The translations under genes were made by a program, and so were the position numbers. Shown piece after piece: positions 35,982 through 44,798 of a stretch of 64,000 bases of DNA. The notes beneath the pieces are model-generated. The model was not told the DNA's origin. It ran no database searches and saw nothing but the letters and a program-made list of their open reading frames with translations. The stretch is from Gemmatimonadales bacterium (GTDB lineage Bacteria; Gemmatimonadota; Gemmatimonadetes; Gemmatimonadales; GWC2-71-9): assembly GCA_035601235.1 (NCBI GenBank), contig DATNOR010000007.1, positions 20,959 through 84,958 of the forward strand. Reading direction: 5' to 3'. Numbering within the stretch: position 1 is the first letter of the stretch; each line of letters opens with the position of its first letter.

Positions 35982-36362
35982 ATGGGACAGTCGCTGCACC
36001 ATCCTCACTCCAGATGGGCCCGCTTGCGCGTGGATGTCAACTGCGGCCTGCGCCGGGGAGCATGGTACCCGGTGGTGCGGTTTGTGAAAGACCGCGCCGT
36101 GCTGGACGTAACCGACGACCGTGTTCCCGTGGCGCGTCGCCTGCTCCAGACGGTGTTCTCCCCGCCGCTCCAGTGGTCGATCGTGCCGCTGCCGGATGAC
36201 GCCGTCAACGTCCCCGGCGATTGGGGCACACGCTACCTCGTGTGCCCCGCGTGCCACGCTCGGGCGCCGCTCAGCGGTCATCCCATGGACCTTCCTTGCG
36301 CGCGTTGCGGCGGCGTGTTCCGGATCGCCTGGGACGAGCACTACTTACGAAAAAGACGATGA
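35982..36362 (+). CDS. hypothetical protein with C-terminal zinc-ribbon (CPAC...CARC)
   Basis: 126-aa ORF with non-degenerate composition. Its 3' end overlaps the convergent GNAT ORF by 22 nt. Confidence 0.45.
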   Translation: MGQSLHHPHSRWARLRVDVNCGLRRGAWYPVVRFVKDRAVLDVTDDRVPVARRLLQTVFSPPLQWSIVPLPDDAVNVPGDWGTRYLVCPACHARAPLSGHPMDLPCARCGGVFRIAWDEHYLRKRR

Positions 36363-37372
36363 CCCACAGCCGGTCCTTCTCTTGTATCCTCACCCCTTTG
36401 ATCCCCTCTCCGCGTATGCGGAGAGGGGGACAGGGGGTGAGGACTCAGCTCGAGCTCCCAGGTCTCCGAGACCAGCGCCTTGCCGAAGCTGTGGTTCCGC
36501 TCCTTGCGCACGATCCGAAACCCGGCCGCCTGGTACAGCCGCCGGGCGGCGGAGAGCTCGCTCTGGGTCCAGAGCACGAGCTTGCGGTAGCCCGCCTGAC
36601 GGGCAAAGCGCACGCATTCGTCCACGAGACGGGTCCCGAGGCCCGACCCGCGCGCCTGCGGCTCGACCAGCAGCAGGCGCAGCTGCGCGACCGTGCCCGA
36701 TCGGGCCACCAGGAACACCGACCCCACCGCCGCGCCGTCCCGTTCGGCGATCCAGCAGCGCTCCCGCGTCGGATTGAAGCGTTGAACGAAGCGCGCGACG
36801 ATCTCCGCAACCAGAGCTTCGAACTGCGCGTCGTAGCCGTACTCGCGCGCGTACACGGCGCCGTGGCGGTGCACCACCCAGCCCATGTCGCCCGGCTGCG
36901 GCGGGCGCAGCAGATAGGCGGCGGGCGGCGGCCCATCGCGGCCGAGCAGCCGCTCGATGGTCTGCATCGCGGCGATGACATGGGCCTGCGCGCCAGGGGC
37001 GAGGGCGGAGAGCAACGCCGCCACCTCGTCGTGCGAGCGGACGTCGAGCGGAGCGAACACTTTGCGTCCCAGCGCCGTGAGCGCCAGGTGGCTCTGGCGC
37101 CCGTCGGCCGCCGAGCGGGTCCGGGTGACGAGGGCGCGCTTCTCGAAGCCGCGCAGGATGCGGCTCAAGTAGCCCGCGTCGAGGCCGAGGTCGCGGCCCA
37201 GCTCGGTGGCCGTCGGCTGCTCGCGATGCGCCAGCTCGTACAGGACGCGCACCTCCGTCAGTGAGAACGGGCTGTCGTACGCCCCGCGGCGCAGCAGGCC
37301 GATCTGGCGCGTGTAGAACCGGTTGAAGCGGCGCGCCGCTTCCACCCGTCGCTCCAGCTCGCGCGATCCCAT
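36341..37372 (-). CDS. bifunctional MarR-type HTH regulator / GNAT N-acetyltransferase
   Basis: Start at MGSRELERRVEAARRFNRFYT (Met55 of track ORF 36341..37534). MarR-like wHTH (TATELGRDLGLDAGYLSRILRGFEKRALV), then GNAT (QLRLLLVEPQARGSGLGTRLV). The last 34 codons read through the family-1 repeat. Confidence 0.85.
   Translation of the reverse strand: MGSRELERRVEAARRFNRFYTRQIGLLRRGAYDSPFSLTEVRVLYELAHREQPTATELGRDLGLDAGYLSRILRGFEKRALVTRTRSAADGRQSHLALTALGRKVFAPLDVRSHDEVAALLSALAPGAQAHVIAAMQTIERLLGRDGPPPAAYLLRPPQPGDMGWVVHRHGAVYAREYGYDAQFEALVAEIVARFVQRFNPTRERCWIAERDGAAVGSVFLVARSGTVAQLRLLLVEPQARGSGLGTRLVDECVRFARQAGYRKLVLWTQSELSAARRLYQAAGFRIVRKERNHSFGKALVSETWELELSPHPLSPSPHTRRGDQRGEDTREGPAVGHRLFRK
36388..36442. 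repeat. nested-palindrome repeat, family 1, complete copy (CCTCACCCC..CCCCTCTCCGC-GTAT-GCGGAGAGGGG..GGGGTGAGG)
   Basis: Outer arms at 36388-36396 / 36434-36442 and inner arms at 36403-36413 / 36418-36428 are exact reverse complements. Related copies lie at 55172-55209 and 58678-58717. Confidence 0.8.
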
Positions 37373-37391
37373 GCCGGCAATGTCCCGTCGA

Positions 37392-37410
37392 TACTTGACT
37401 CTGTCAAGTA
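37392..37410. promoter_or_regulatory. candidate MarR operator: perfect inverted repeat TACTTGAC-tct-GTCAAGTA
   Basis: 8-bp arms at 37392-37399 and 37403-37410 in the 79-nt divergent intergenic region between the MarR-GNAT gene and the ABC exporter gene. Confidence 0.5.
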
Positions 37411-37451
37411 CTTCTCGCGGCCCCCACCCTGCGTAGATTTCGGGCACGACC

Positions 37452-39317
37452 ATGGCCGCTGCCCAGACCGGCGAGACCCGACCGCCCAAGAAGACCATCA
37501 CCCCGGGCGCCTGGCAGGAGGCGCGCGGGCTCATCTATGCCCATCGCGGTCGCCTCGGCCTGGGGCTCGCGCTGTTGCTCGTGAATCGCCTCGCCGGCCT
37601 CGTGCTCCCCGCGTCGTCCAAGTGGGTGATCGACCGCGTGATCGGGCAGCACCGCCCCGAGCTGCTGCTCCCCCTCGCGCTCGCCGCCGGCGGCGCGACC
37701 CTCGTGCAGGCCCTGACGGGGTTCGCCCTGTCGCAGGTGCTCGGCGTCGCCGCCCAGCGCGCCATCACCGACATGCGGCGCACCGTGCAGGCGTACGTGC
37801 TGCGCCTGCCCGTCAGCTACTTCGACTCGACCAAGAGCGGCATCCTCATTTCGCGCATCATGAGCGACGCCGAAGGGATCCGGAACCTGGTCGGCACCGG
37901 TCTGGTGCAGCTGGTGGGCGGTCTGGTGACGGGCGCCATCGCGCTGGGCGTCCTGTTCTACCTGAACTGGCGGCTCACCCTGATCGCGATCCTGATCCTG
38001 GCCTGTTTCGGCGGCGGCATGGCGTACGCCTTCACCAAGCTGCGCCCCCTGTTCCGCGAGCGCGGCAAGCTCAACGCCGAGGTGACCGGGCGGCTGGGGG
38101 AGACGCTCGGCGGCATCCGCATCGTCAAGGCCTACCGGGCCGAGCGCGGCGAGCGCCTCGTGTTCACGCGCGGCGCGCACACCCTGTTCCGCAACATCGC
38201 CACCACCATGACCGGGATCTCCGGCGTCGGGGCGTTCGCGTCGCTCATCGTCGGGGCGATCGGGATCCTCATGATCCTCGAGGGCGGGCACGCCATTCTC
38301 TCCGGGACGATGACGTTGGGCGACTTCTTCATGTACGGCGTCTTCATCGGCCTGGTGGCGCTGCCGCTCATCAACATCGCGTCGATCGGGACACAGATCA
38401 CGGAGGCGTTCGCAGGCCTGGACCGGATCCGCGAGATCCGGCGGCTCACCACCGAGGACGCCGCGGACGGCGCCCGCCCGCCCCTGGGCGAGGTGGTGGG
38501 CGACGTCCGCTTCGAGGACGTGAGCTTCCAGTACGTCGCCGACCGGGACGTACTCACGCACGTGTCGTTCCACGCGCCCGCCGGGTCCACCACGGCCCTC
38601 GTCGGCTCCTCGGGCGCGGGGAAGAGCACCCTCATCAGTCTGGTGCTCACCTTCAGCCGTCCCAGGACCGGGCGCATTCTCGTGGACGGGCGCGATCTCG
38701 ACCAGGTGCGGCTTGCCGACTACCGGCGCCAGCTGGGCGTCGTGCTCCAGGACAACTTTCTGTTCGACGGTACGATCGCGGAGAACATCGCGTTCGCGCG
38801 TCCGCACGCCACACGCGACGAGATCGAGGAGGCGGCGCGGATCGCGCACTGCGACGAGTTCGTGCGCCGCTTCGAGCACGGGTACGACACGGTCGTGGGC
38901 GAGCGGGGGGTGAAGCTGTCGGGGGGGGAGCGCCAGCGCGTGTCGATCGCACGTGCCATCCTCGCCGATCCCCGCATCCTCATCCTCGACGAAGCCACCT
39001 CAAGCCTGGATTCGGAGAGCGAGGCCGCCATCCAGGACGGGCTGCGCACTCTGCGGCGGGGCCGGACCACGTTCGTGATCGCCCACCGCCTCTCCACGAT
39101 CCGCAGCGCAGACCAGATCCTCGTAATGGAAGGCGGCGAGATCGTCGAGCGCGGCACCCATCCCGAGCTGCTGGCCCGGCACGGGCGCTATCGCCAGCTG
39201 TACGACAAACAGTACCGGTTCGAGCAGGACCGGTTCGTCAACCCCGGCGAGGACTTCACGCCCGAGCCCGAGGCGCCGGTGGCGACCCCTCCGCTCGGAC
39301 CCCCCACCCGACTCTGA
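37452..39317 (+). CDS. ABC exporter, fused permease/ATPase (MsbA-like)
   Basis: 621-aa ORF with a six-TM N-half. Walker A GSSGAGKST, LSGGERQRVSIARA, ILILDEATSSLD. Confidence 0.9.
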   Translation: MAAAQTGETRPPKKTITPGAWQEARGLIYAHRGRLGLGLALLLVNRLAGLVLPASSKWVIDRVIGQHRPELLLPLALAAGGATLVQALTGFALSQVLGVAAQRAITDMRRTVQAYVLRLPVSYFDSTKSGILISRIMSDAEGIRNLVGTGLVQLVGGLVTGAIALGVLFYLNWRLTLIAILILACFGGGMAYAFTKLRPLFRERGKLNAEVTGRLGETLGGIRIVKAYRAERGERLVFTRGAHTLFRNIATTMTGISGVGAFASLIVGAIGILMILEGGHAILSGTMTLGDFFMYGVFIGLVALPLINIASIGTQITEAFAGLDRIREIRRLTTEDAADGARPPLGEVVGDVRFEDVSFQYVADRDVLTHVSFHAPAGSTTALVGSSGAGKSTLISLVLTFSRPRTGRILVDGRDLDQVRLADYRRQLGVVLQDNFLFDGTIAENIAFARPHATRDEIEEAARIAHCDEFVRRFEHGYDTVVGERGVKLSGGERQRVSIARAILADPRILILDEATSSLDSESEAAIQDGLRTLRRGRTTFVIAHRLSTIRSADQILVMEGGEIVERGTHPELLARHGRYRQLYDKQYRFEQDRFVNPGEDFTPEPEAPVATPPLGPPTRL

Positions 39318-39363
39318 GCCGGCGCCATCTGGCGCCCGCGCCCGGACGGTCCTACACTAGCGC

Positions 39364-40353
39364 ATGCCTCTGATCGACACGAACCATCAGCGCGCCGCGA
39401 TGCTCGTGCTGCTGCTCGGCATCGCCCTGGTCATCGCGGTCACGCCGTACGCCACGGGCCTGCTCGGCATTCCCGTGTTGTACGCCGTCTTCGCCCCGCT
39501 GCACGAGTGGCTGGGCATGCGCGTCCGCCCCCGCATCGCGGCCAGCCTGGTGGTCGCGCTCGCGCTGTTTCTGATCGTCGTCCCGGGCGTCTCCTTCGCC
39601 GGTCTCATCGTGAACCAGGCACAGGAGATCGCTACCGGCGTCATCCGGAATCCGCTGCTCGGTCGCCTGCGCGAGCTGCGGCTGGGCGGCATCGATCTCG
39701 GGCCCCGCCTCGCCGACCTGGGCGCGACCGTCGTCGCCTGGATCGGCTCGTCCGCGTTCGGGCTGGTCGGCACCGCCACGCGGCTCGCGCTCAATCTCAC
39801 CATCTCGCTGTTCGGCCTGTTCTACCTGCTGCTGCAGCCCCACGAGACGTGGGAGGCCGTCAGCCCGTACATCCCGTTCTCCGCCAAGAACACGGAGAAG
39901 CTGCGCCAGCGGTTCCGCGACGTCACCACCGCCACGATCGTCGGGACCGGCCTCACGGCGGCGATCCAGGGAAGCCTCGTCGGGCTCGGGTTCTGGCTGA
40001 CCGGGCTGCCCAACGCGGTGTTCTGGGGAGTGGTCACGATGGTGTTCGCCATCCTACCCGTGGTCGGCAGCGGCCTGGTGTGGGGGCCCGGCGCGATCGC
40101 GCTGATGATCGGTAACCACGCGCTGGCCGGGATGCTGCTGGCGTTGGGTGGCGTCGTCATTGTCGGGAACGTGGACTACGTGATCCGGCCGCGCGTGTTC
40201 AGCCGCTGGGCCAACATCCACCCCCTCGTCACCCTGATCGGCGCGCTCGCGGGCGTGCCCTACTTCGGCATCCTCGGGCTGTTGATCGGACCGCTCGCGC
40301 TGTCCTACTTCTTCGAATTGATCAAGATGTACGGCGAGGAGTATCTCGGCTAA
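39364..40353 (+). CDS. AI-2E (PerM/UPF0118) family transporter
   Basis: 329-aa ORF with about 8 TM segments and the characteristic C-terminal block NVDYVIRPRVFS...HPLVTLIGALAGVPYFGILGLLIGP. Confidence 0.9.
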   Translation: MPLIDTNHQRAAMLVLLLGIALVIAVTPYATGLLGIPVLYAVFAPLHEWLGMRVRPRIAASLVVALALFLIVVPGVSFAGLIVNQAQEIATGVIRNPLLGRLRELRLGGIDLGPRLADLGATVVAWIGSSAFGLVGTATRLALNLTISLFGLFYLLLQPHETWEAVSPYIPFSAKNTEKLRQRFRDVTTATIVGTGLTAAIQGSLVGLGFWLTGLPNAVFWGVVTMVFAILPVVGSGLVWGPGAIALMIGNHALAGMLLALGGVVIVGNVDYVIRPRVFSRWANIHPLVTLIGALAGVPYFGILGLLIGPLALSYFFELIKMYGEEYLG

Positions 40354-40505
40354 GCGGACGTCCCACCGGAAGCGCGCGCCACACACTGTCGCCCGCCCGC
40401 CACGCCCGCGTCGCTCCAGACGCCCGCCGCCAGCGGCACGCAGTTTGAATGGAACCTGGACTCGCGGTGCCCGGGTATAGGTGAACCGAAACAAGGAGCA
40501 CGCCC

Positions 40506-42443
40506 ATGAACGTGACTCAAGCACTGGGCTGGGCCCTGCTGCATTCGGTGTGGCAGTGCACGCTGGCCGCGGCGGCGCTCGCGTCGCTCCTCGCGATTGT
40601 TCCGGTGCGCGCGGCGCGCACACGCTACGCCATGGCCGTCATCACGTTGATCCTCATGCTCGCCGTTCCCATAGGCACCGCCGTGCGATTGCGCGCGGCG
40701 CGGTCGTCGGTCGGTGCCGTGGTCGCGCCCGCAGCGCGCGTCGTCGCGCCGCCCACCCCGGCGACCACGGAGCCCGCGACGCCATCCGCCGAGCGGCCCG
40801 GCCCGTCGCTCGCGACCCGCGTCCGCGCCGACTTGGAGCCGGCGCTGCCCTGGATTGTGGTCGCGTGGCTCGCCGGTGTGGTGATCCTATCGATCCGGCT
40901 CGTCTCCGGCTGGCTGGTCACGCGGAGGTTGAGCACCGTGGGCACGCGGCCGGTCCCGCACGCCTGCCGGGTCGCCCTCGCCCGCCTCGTGGTGCGCCTC
41001 CGGGTCACGCGGCCCGTGCGCGTGCTCGAGTCGGCGGTGATCCAGGTCCCCGCAGTCATCGGGTGGCTCCGGCCGGTGGTGCTGCTCCCGGCCAGCGCCC
41101 TGACGGGCCTGACGCCGCTGCAGCTCGACGCCCTGCTGGCGCACGAGCTGGCGCACGTACGGCGCTACGACTACCTCGTGAATCTGCTCCAGTCTGCGAT
41201 CGAGACGCTGCTGTTCTACCATCCCGCCGTGTGGTGGGTGTCGCGACGGGTGCGCGACGAGCGCGAGCACTGCTGCGACGATCTGGCGGTCGCCGTGTGC
41301 GGCGACGCGCATTGCTATGCGACCGCGCTGCTCGGCATGGAGCGTCTCCGCAATCCCGTGCCCGCCTTCTCCATGGCGGCCGCGGGCGGCTCGCTGGTGG
41401 AGCGGGTCCGGCGGCTCATGGCGCCCGTGCCGGCGGAGACCTTCCCGCGCGGGCTCGCCGGCGCTCTGGCGGTGCTGCTCGCACTGGTGCTGGTGATCGG
41501 TGGTTCCCTCGTCGCGGGGTCTGTGGACTTCTCCGCGCTCGCCCGGGACGCCGCGGGCGCCCGCGCCATTGCCCCGCCGCGCGCCACGCGCGACCTCGTC
41601 CGGGCCCTGCGCCGCCGGGGTGACCATCAGGCGGTGACGACCTTGCTCGCCATTGCGCACAACGACCCCGACCCGGACATCCAGGAAGATGCCGTCGACG
41701 CCCTGGGGAAACTGCGGAGCGGCGACGCCCTGGCGGCCATGATCGACATCGCCCGTACCCATCCGGACGAAGACCTCCGTCGGCAGGCGGTCGAGACCGT
41801 GGGCCGCACGGCCCCGCATGCCGTGGCGCTGGAGGTCCTGCCGGAGATCGCGCGCACCGATCGCGACCACCACGTCCAGCACGAGGCGGTGGAGGAGCTG
41901 GGAGAGCTGCACGACCGCCGCGCGTTCCCGGTGCTGTTGGACGTCGCGCATCACCACCCCTCCCTCGACGTGCGCCGCAAGGCGGTGGCGGCGCTCGGTG
42001 AGATGGGCGAGCCCGACAGCGCGGCGGACGTGCTCGAGCGTATGGTGCTGCACGACTCCAGCGCCGACCTGCAGCACGAGGCGGTGGAGGCGCTGGGCCA
42101 TCTGAAGGACCCCCGGGCGCTCGCGCGGGTGGCGTGGCTGGCGCGCACTCACCCCAGCGTCGACGTGCGGGACGAGGCCGCCGAGCAGTACGCCAAGCAC
42201 GCGCCTCCCGGCGCGGCGCTGGCGTTGCTCACCGACCGGCTGACGCACGATCCCGACGCCGAGGTACGGGCCGAGGCCGTGGAGCAACTCGCCGAGCTGC
42301 CGCGCGGCATAGGCATTCCCGCGGTGATCGGGGCGGCCCAGCGCCACTCGAGCGACGAAGTGCGCACTGAGGCGTGGCGTCAGCTGCGCGAGAGCGAGGA
42401 TCCGCGCGCCCGCGCCTTCGTCCGCCGCAAACCGCGCCCCTAG
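40506..42443 (+). CDS. BlaR1/MecR1-type M56 peptidase domain protein with C-terminal HEAT repeats
   Basis: 645-aa ORF with an N-terminal TM region and HELAHVRRYDYLVN (HExxH). The C-terminal 270 aa or so contain at least 6 HEAT/PBS-lyase-like repeats (D..VR..AV.ALG.L). AAGGAG lies 6 nt before the ATG. Confidence 0.8.
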   Translation: MNVTQALGWALLHSVWQCTLAAAALASLLAIVPVRAARTRYAMAVITLILMLAVPIGTAVRLRAARSSVGAVVAPAARVVAPPTPATTEPATPSAERPGPSLATRVRADLEPALPWIVVAWLAGVVILSIRLVSGWLVTRRLSTVGTRPVPHACRVALARLVVRLRVTRPVRVLESAVIQVPAVIGWLRPVVLLPASALTGLTPLQLDALLAHELAHVRRYDYLVNLLQSAIETLLFYHPAVWWVSRRVRDEREHCCDDLAVAVCGDAHCYATALLGMERLRNPVPAFSMAAAGGSLVERVRRLMAPVPAETFPRGLAGALAVLLALVLVIGGSLVAGSVDFSALARDAAGARAIAPPRATRDLVRALRRRGDHQAVTTLLAIAHNDPDPDIQEDAVDALGKLRSGDALAAMIDIARTHPDEDLRRQAVETVGRTAPHAVALEVLPEIARTDRDHHVQHEAVEELGELHDRRAFPVLLDVAHHHPSLDVRRKAVAALGEMGEPDSAADVLERMVLHDSSADLQHEAVEALGHLKDPRALARVAWLARTHPSVDVRDEAAEQYAKHAPPGAALALLTDRLTHDPDAEVRAEAVEQLAELPRGIGIPAVIGAAQRHSSDEVRTEAWRQLRESEDPRARAFVRRKPRP

Positions 42444-44668
42444 AACTGCAGCAGGTAGCTCAGCTTCAGAAACACCTGCCGTCCGGTCGAGGTGGTCGGC
42501 TCGTCGGTGCGTGACAGGGTGGGCGGCGTGCCCGGGAGGATGGCGAGATTCTCGTACCCGTCCCGGTACCCGACGTACAGCGCGGTCCCCGGGTTCACGA
42601 GGTACGTCAGCAGCAGGTCCATCGCCCAGCGGCGTTCCGGGTCCACGCGCGACAGCGTCGAATCCCGGTCCACCGCCGAGTAGTCGACGATGGCTCGGAG
42701 CGAGAGCGCGCGGCTGAACTGGTAGTTGACCTTTTCCCGCCAGATACGATCGGCGAACACCTGCGCGGTGGGCGTGCTCAACCGCTGGTACAGAAACGTG
42801 TGATCGAGCCGCAGCCGCGCCGCGGGCCGGAAGGTGACCCCGAGCTCTCCCTCCAGCGAATTGCCGAGGAACGGCGCCAGCCCTGCGGCCGGCTTGTGGT
42901 TCACTGCCGATCCGATTTTCAGCTTGCTCGCCACGGCCAGCCACTTGAGCCACTCGCTCTCGAACGTCAGGCCCGTCTCGTGCGTGTCGAACGGCAGGTC
43001 CTTGTACAGCTCGAACGCCTCGGTGCGCTTGAACTGGAGCTTCGTCTCCCCCACGAGCTTCACTTCGAACGCGACCTGGAGCTCGCGGTCGAGCAGCACG
43101 CCGTCGCGGTCCCAGTCGAAGGTGCTCGAGAGCGTCGGACCGATCTTCACGACCGCGCCGCTGGGCCGCCGCACCAGCTCGAGCGACTGATCGAATTGCC
43201 GGATGCCGACGCGCGGCACATAGCCCAGCTGCGCGTCGAACGCCGAGCTCAAGTCCAGATAGGTGGCCGCATAATCCAGGTTGCGGCCGTCGCGCGTGAG
43301 CTGGGCGTAGAAGCCCGTCCCGGAGCGGCGGCCGCCTCCGGCCGAATCCACGGCGTCCGTCGCGATCGCCTGCCCGGCGAACGTCCAGGTCTTGGTGAGG
43401 CGCAGCCGGGCGTCGGCGGAGGCCACGCGATTCCAGCCGCCGGCCAGGCTCCAATCGCTCGCCAAGACCCCGAGCGACGACTCGCGCCCGATGAGCCGTT
43501 GCAGGCGGAGCGCGCCGACGCCGGCGCGCCGGCCCCCGGCCGCCTCCCCGGTGGGCAGCTCTCCGGGGGCACGGTCGTCCATGCCGATCGCCCCCAGGGC
43601 CCACCGGCCCGCCTTGCCGGTCAGTCGTAGCCCCATGCCCGGATCCGCGATGCGGCGCGAGAAGAACAGGTTCACCGGCGTCTGGAAGTACCCCGCGTTC
43701 TCGATGAAGAACGGTCGCTTCTCGGGGAAGAACGTTTCGAAGCGCTCGTTGATGGTCACCTGCGGCTCGTCGGACTCGACCTGACTGAAGTCGGGGTTCA
43801 CGGTCGCGTCCAGCGTGAGCGCGTCGCGCAGCACGGCCTTGGCGTCGAGACCCACCCGGCGGTCGTTGGCGGTGCGGAAGGCGGGCACCTCCGTGTCGAG
43901 AAAGCGCGCGCCGGCGAACGTGCCGTAGGGGATGGCCTGCAGGTTGCGGCCCGGCGAGATGTCGGTCAGGCCCTGAAGCGTGGCGAACTGGGGAACGAAC
44001 CCCGCGATTCGTTTGGTCAGGTAGGGCCAATAGGAGTCTTCGTTGTTGCGGCGGATGTGGCGCGCCAGCGCGATGCCCCAGTCTTGCGTCGGCGTGCGCG
44101 GAAAGCGCAGGCTCTTGAACGGAATCGCGAAACGCACGACATAGCCATCCGGTGTGAGGCGACCGTCCGACTGCCACACGGCGTCGAAGCTGAAGTCGTC
44201 GTCCTGTCCATCGGTGACGAGGCCGTCGAGCTGCACGCCGAGCGGGTTTGCCTGGAACAGGTAGGCGTGGGTACGGTCGTGAAACGTGTCCAGGTACAGC
44301 GCCACGCCGTCATCGACCACGATGTCCTCCCGCTTGGCGAGGCCGGCGCGAACCTGGCGGGGATCACTGCGACACACGAAGACGACGTACAGATTCGCGT
44401 CATCGTAGCTCAGGTAGGCCGTGGTCGAGTGGCTCACCGGGACGCCGTCGCCGGGCTCGTACTGGCGGAAGTCCGAGATGGGGAGCATCGAGTCCGGCGG
44501 ATCACCGGCCACGAAGTCCTCGATCAGCGGGGGTCGGTGCGTGCGGCTGATGCGCACACTGCCGCCCTCGGGCCGCACCTGCGCGCGGAGCGCCGCGACC
44601 GCGGGGCCGAGGACGCCCAGCATCGCGACGACGAGTCCGATCAGCTCGGCGGTTCTGTGCATGGACAT
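42440..44668 (-). CDS. CBM9-like / DUF5916 outer-membrane protein
   Basis: 742-aa ORF with a signal-like N-terminus. DDANLYVVFVC...DDGVALYLDTFHD...FQANPLGVQ block, beta-rich remainder ending ...LKLSYLLQF (terminal Phe). Confidence 0.7.
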   Translation of the reverse strand: MSMHRTAELIGLVVAMLGVLGPAVAALRAQVRPEGGSVRISRTHRPPLIEDFVAGDPPDSMLPISDFRQYEPGDGVPVSHSTTAYLSYDDANLYVVFVCRSDPRQVRAGLAKREDIVVDDGVALYLDTFHDRTHAYLFQANPLGVQLDGLVTDGQDDDFSFDAVWQSDGRLTPDGYVVRFAIPFKSLRFPRTPTQDWGIALARHIRRNNEDSYWPYLTKRIAGFVPQFATLQGLTDISPGRNLQAIPYGTFAGARFLDTEVPAFRTANDRRVGLDAKAVLRDALTLDATVNPDFSQVESDEPQVTINERFETFFPEKRPFFIENAGYFQTPVNLFFSRRIADPGMGLRLTGKAGRWALGAIGMDDRAPGELPTGEAAGGRRAGVGALRLQRLIGRESSLGVLASDWSLAGGWNRVASADARLRLTKTWTFAGQAIATDAVDSAGGGRRSGTGFYAQLTRDGRNLDYAATYLDLSSAFDAQLGYVPRVGIRQFDQSLELVRRPSGAVVKIGPTLSSTFDWDRDGVLLDRELQVAFEVKLVGETKLQFKRTEAFELYKDLPFDTHETGLTFESEWLKWLAVASKLKIGSAVNHKPAAGLAPFLGNSLEGELGVTFRPAARLRLDHTFLYQRLSTPTAQVFADRIWREKVNYQFSRALSLRAIVDYSAVDRDSTLSRVDPERRWAMDLLLTYLVNPGTALYVGYRDGYENLAILPGTPPTLSRTDEPTTSTGRQVFLKLSYLLQF

Positions 44669-44798
44669 TTGCGGGGCGCAGCAATCACCATACCAACACG
44701 GAGCGCTGCGTCCGCGCCACGTCGCGCTCGGGCGGTGCAGCGGCGCAACAGGGAAGGTGTCCGGTACGCGCCTCGCCTTTTATCTTGCCGAGACCGGC

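Noticed and set aside
41600-42440. Apparent periodicity in the 3' half of the BlaR1-like gene as a possible DNA-level tandem repeat.
   Set aside because: The periodicity is at protein level only (HEAT/PBS-lyase-like repeats). The nucleotide sequences of the units are diverged.
40887-44177. 1096-aa minus-strand ORF spanning the BlaR1-like gene (antisense) and part of the DUF5916 gene (alternative frame).
   Set aside because: Low-complexity Arg/Gly/Pro/Ala composition and no motifs. It overlaps two ORFs with good family signatures. A single gene crossing a convergent junction is implausible.
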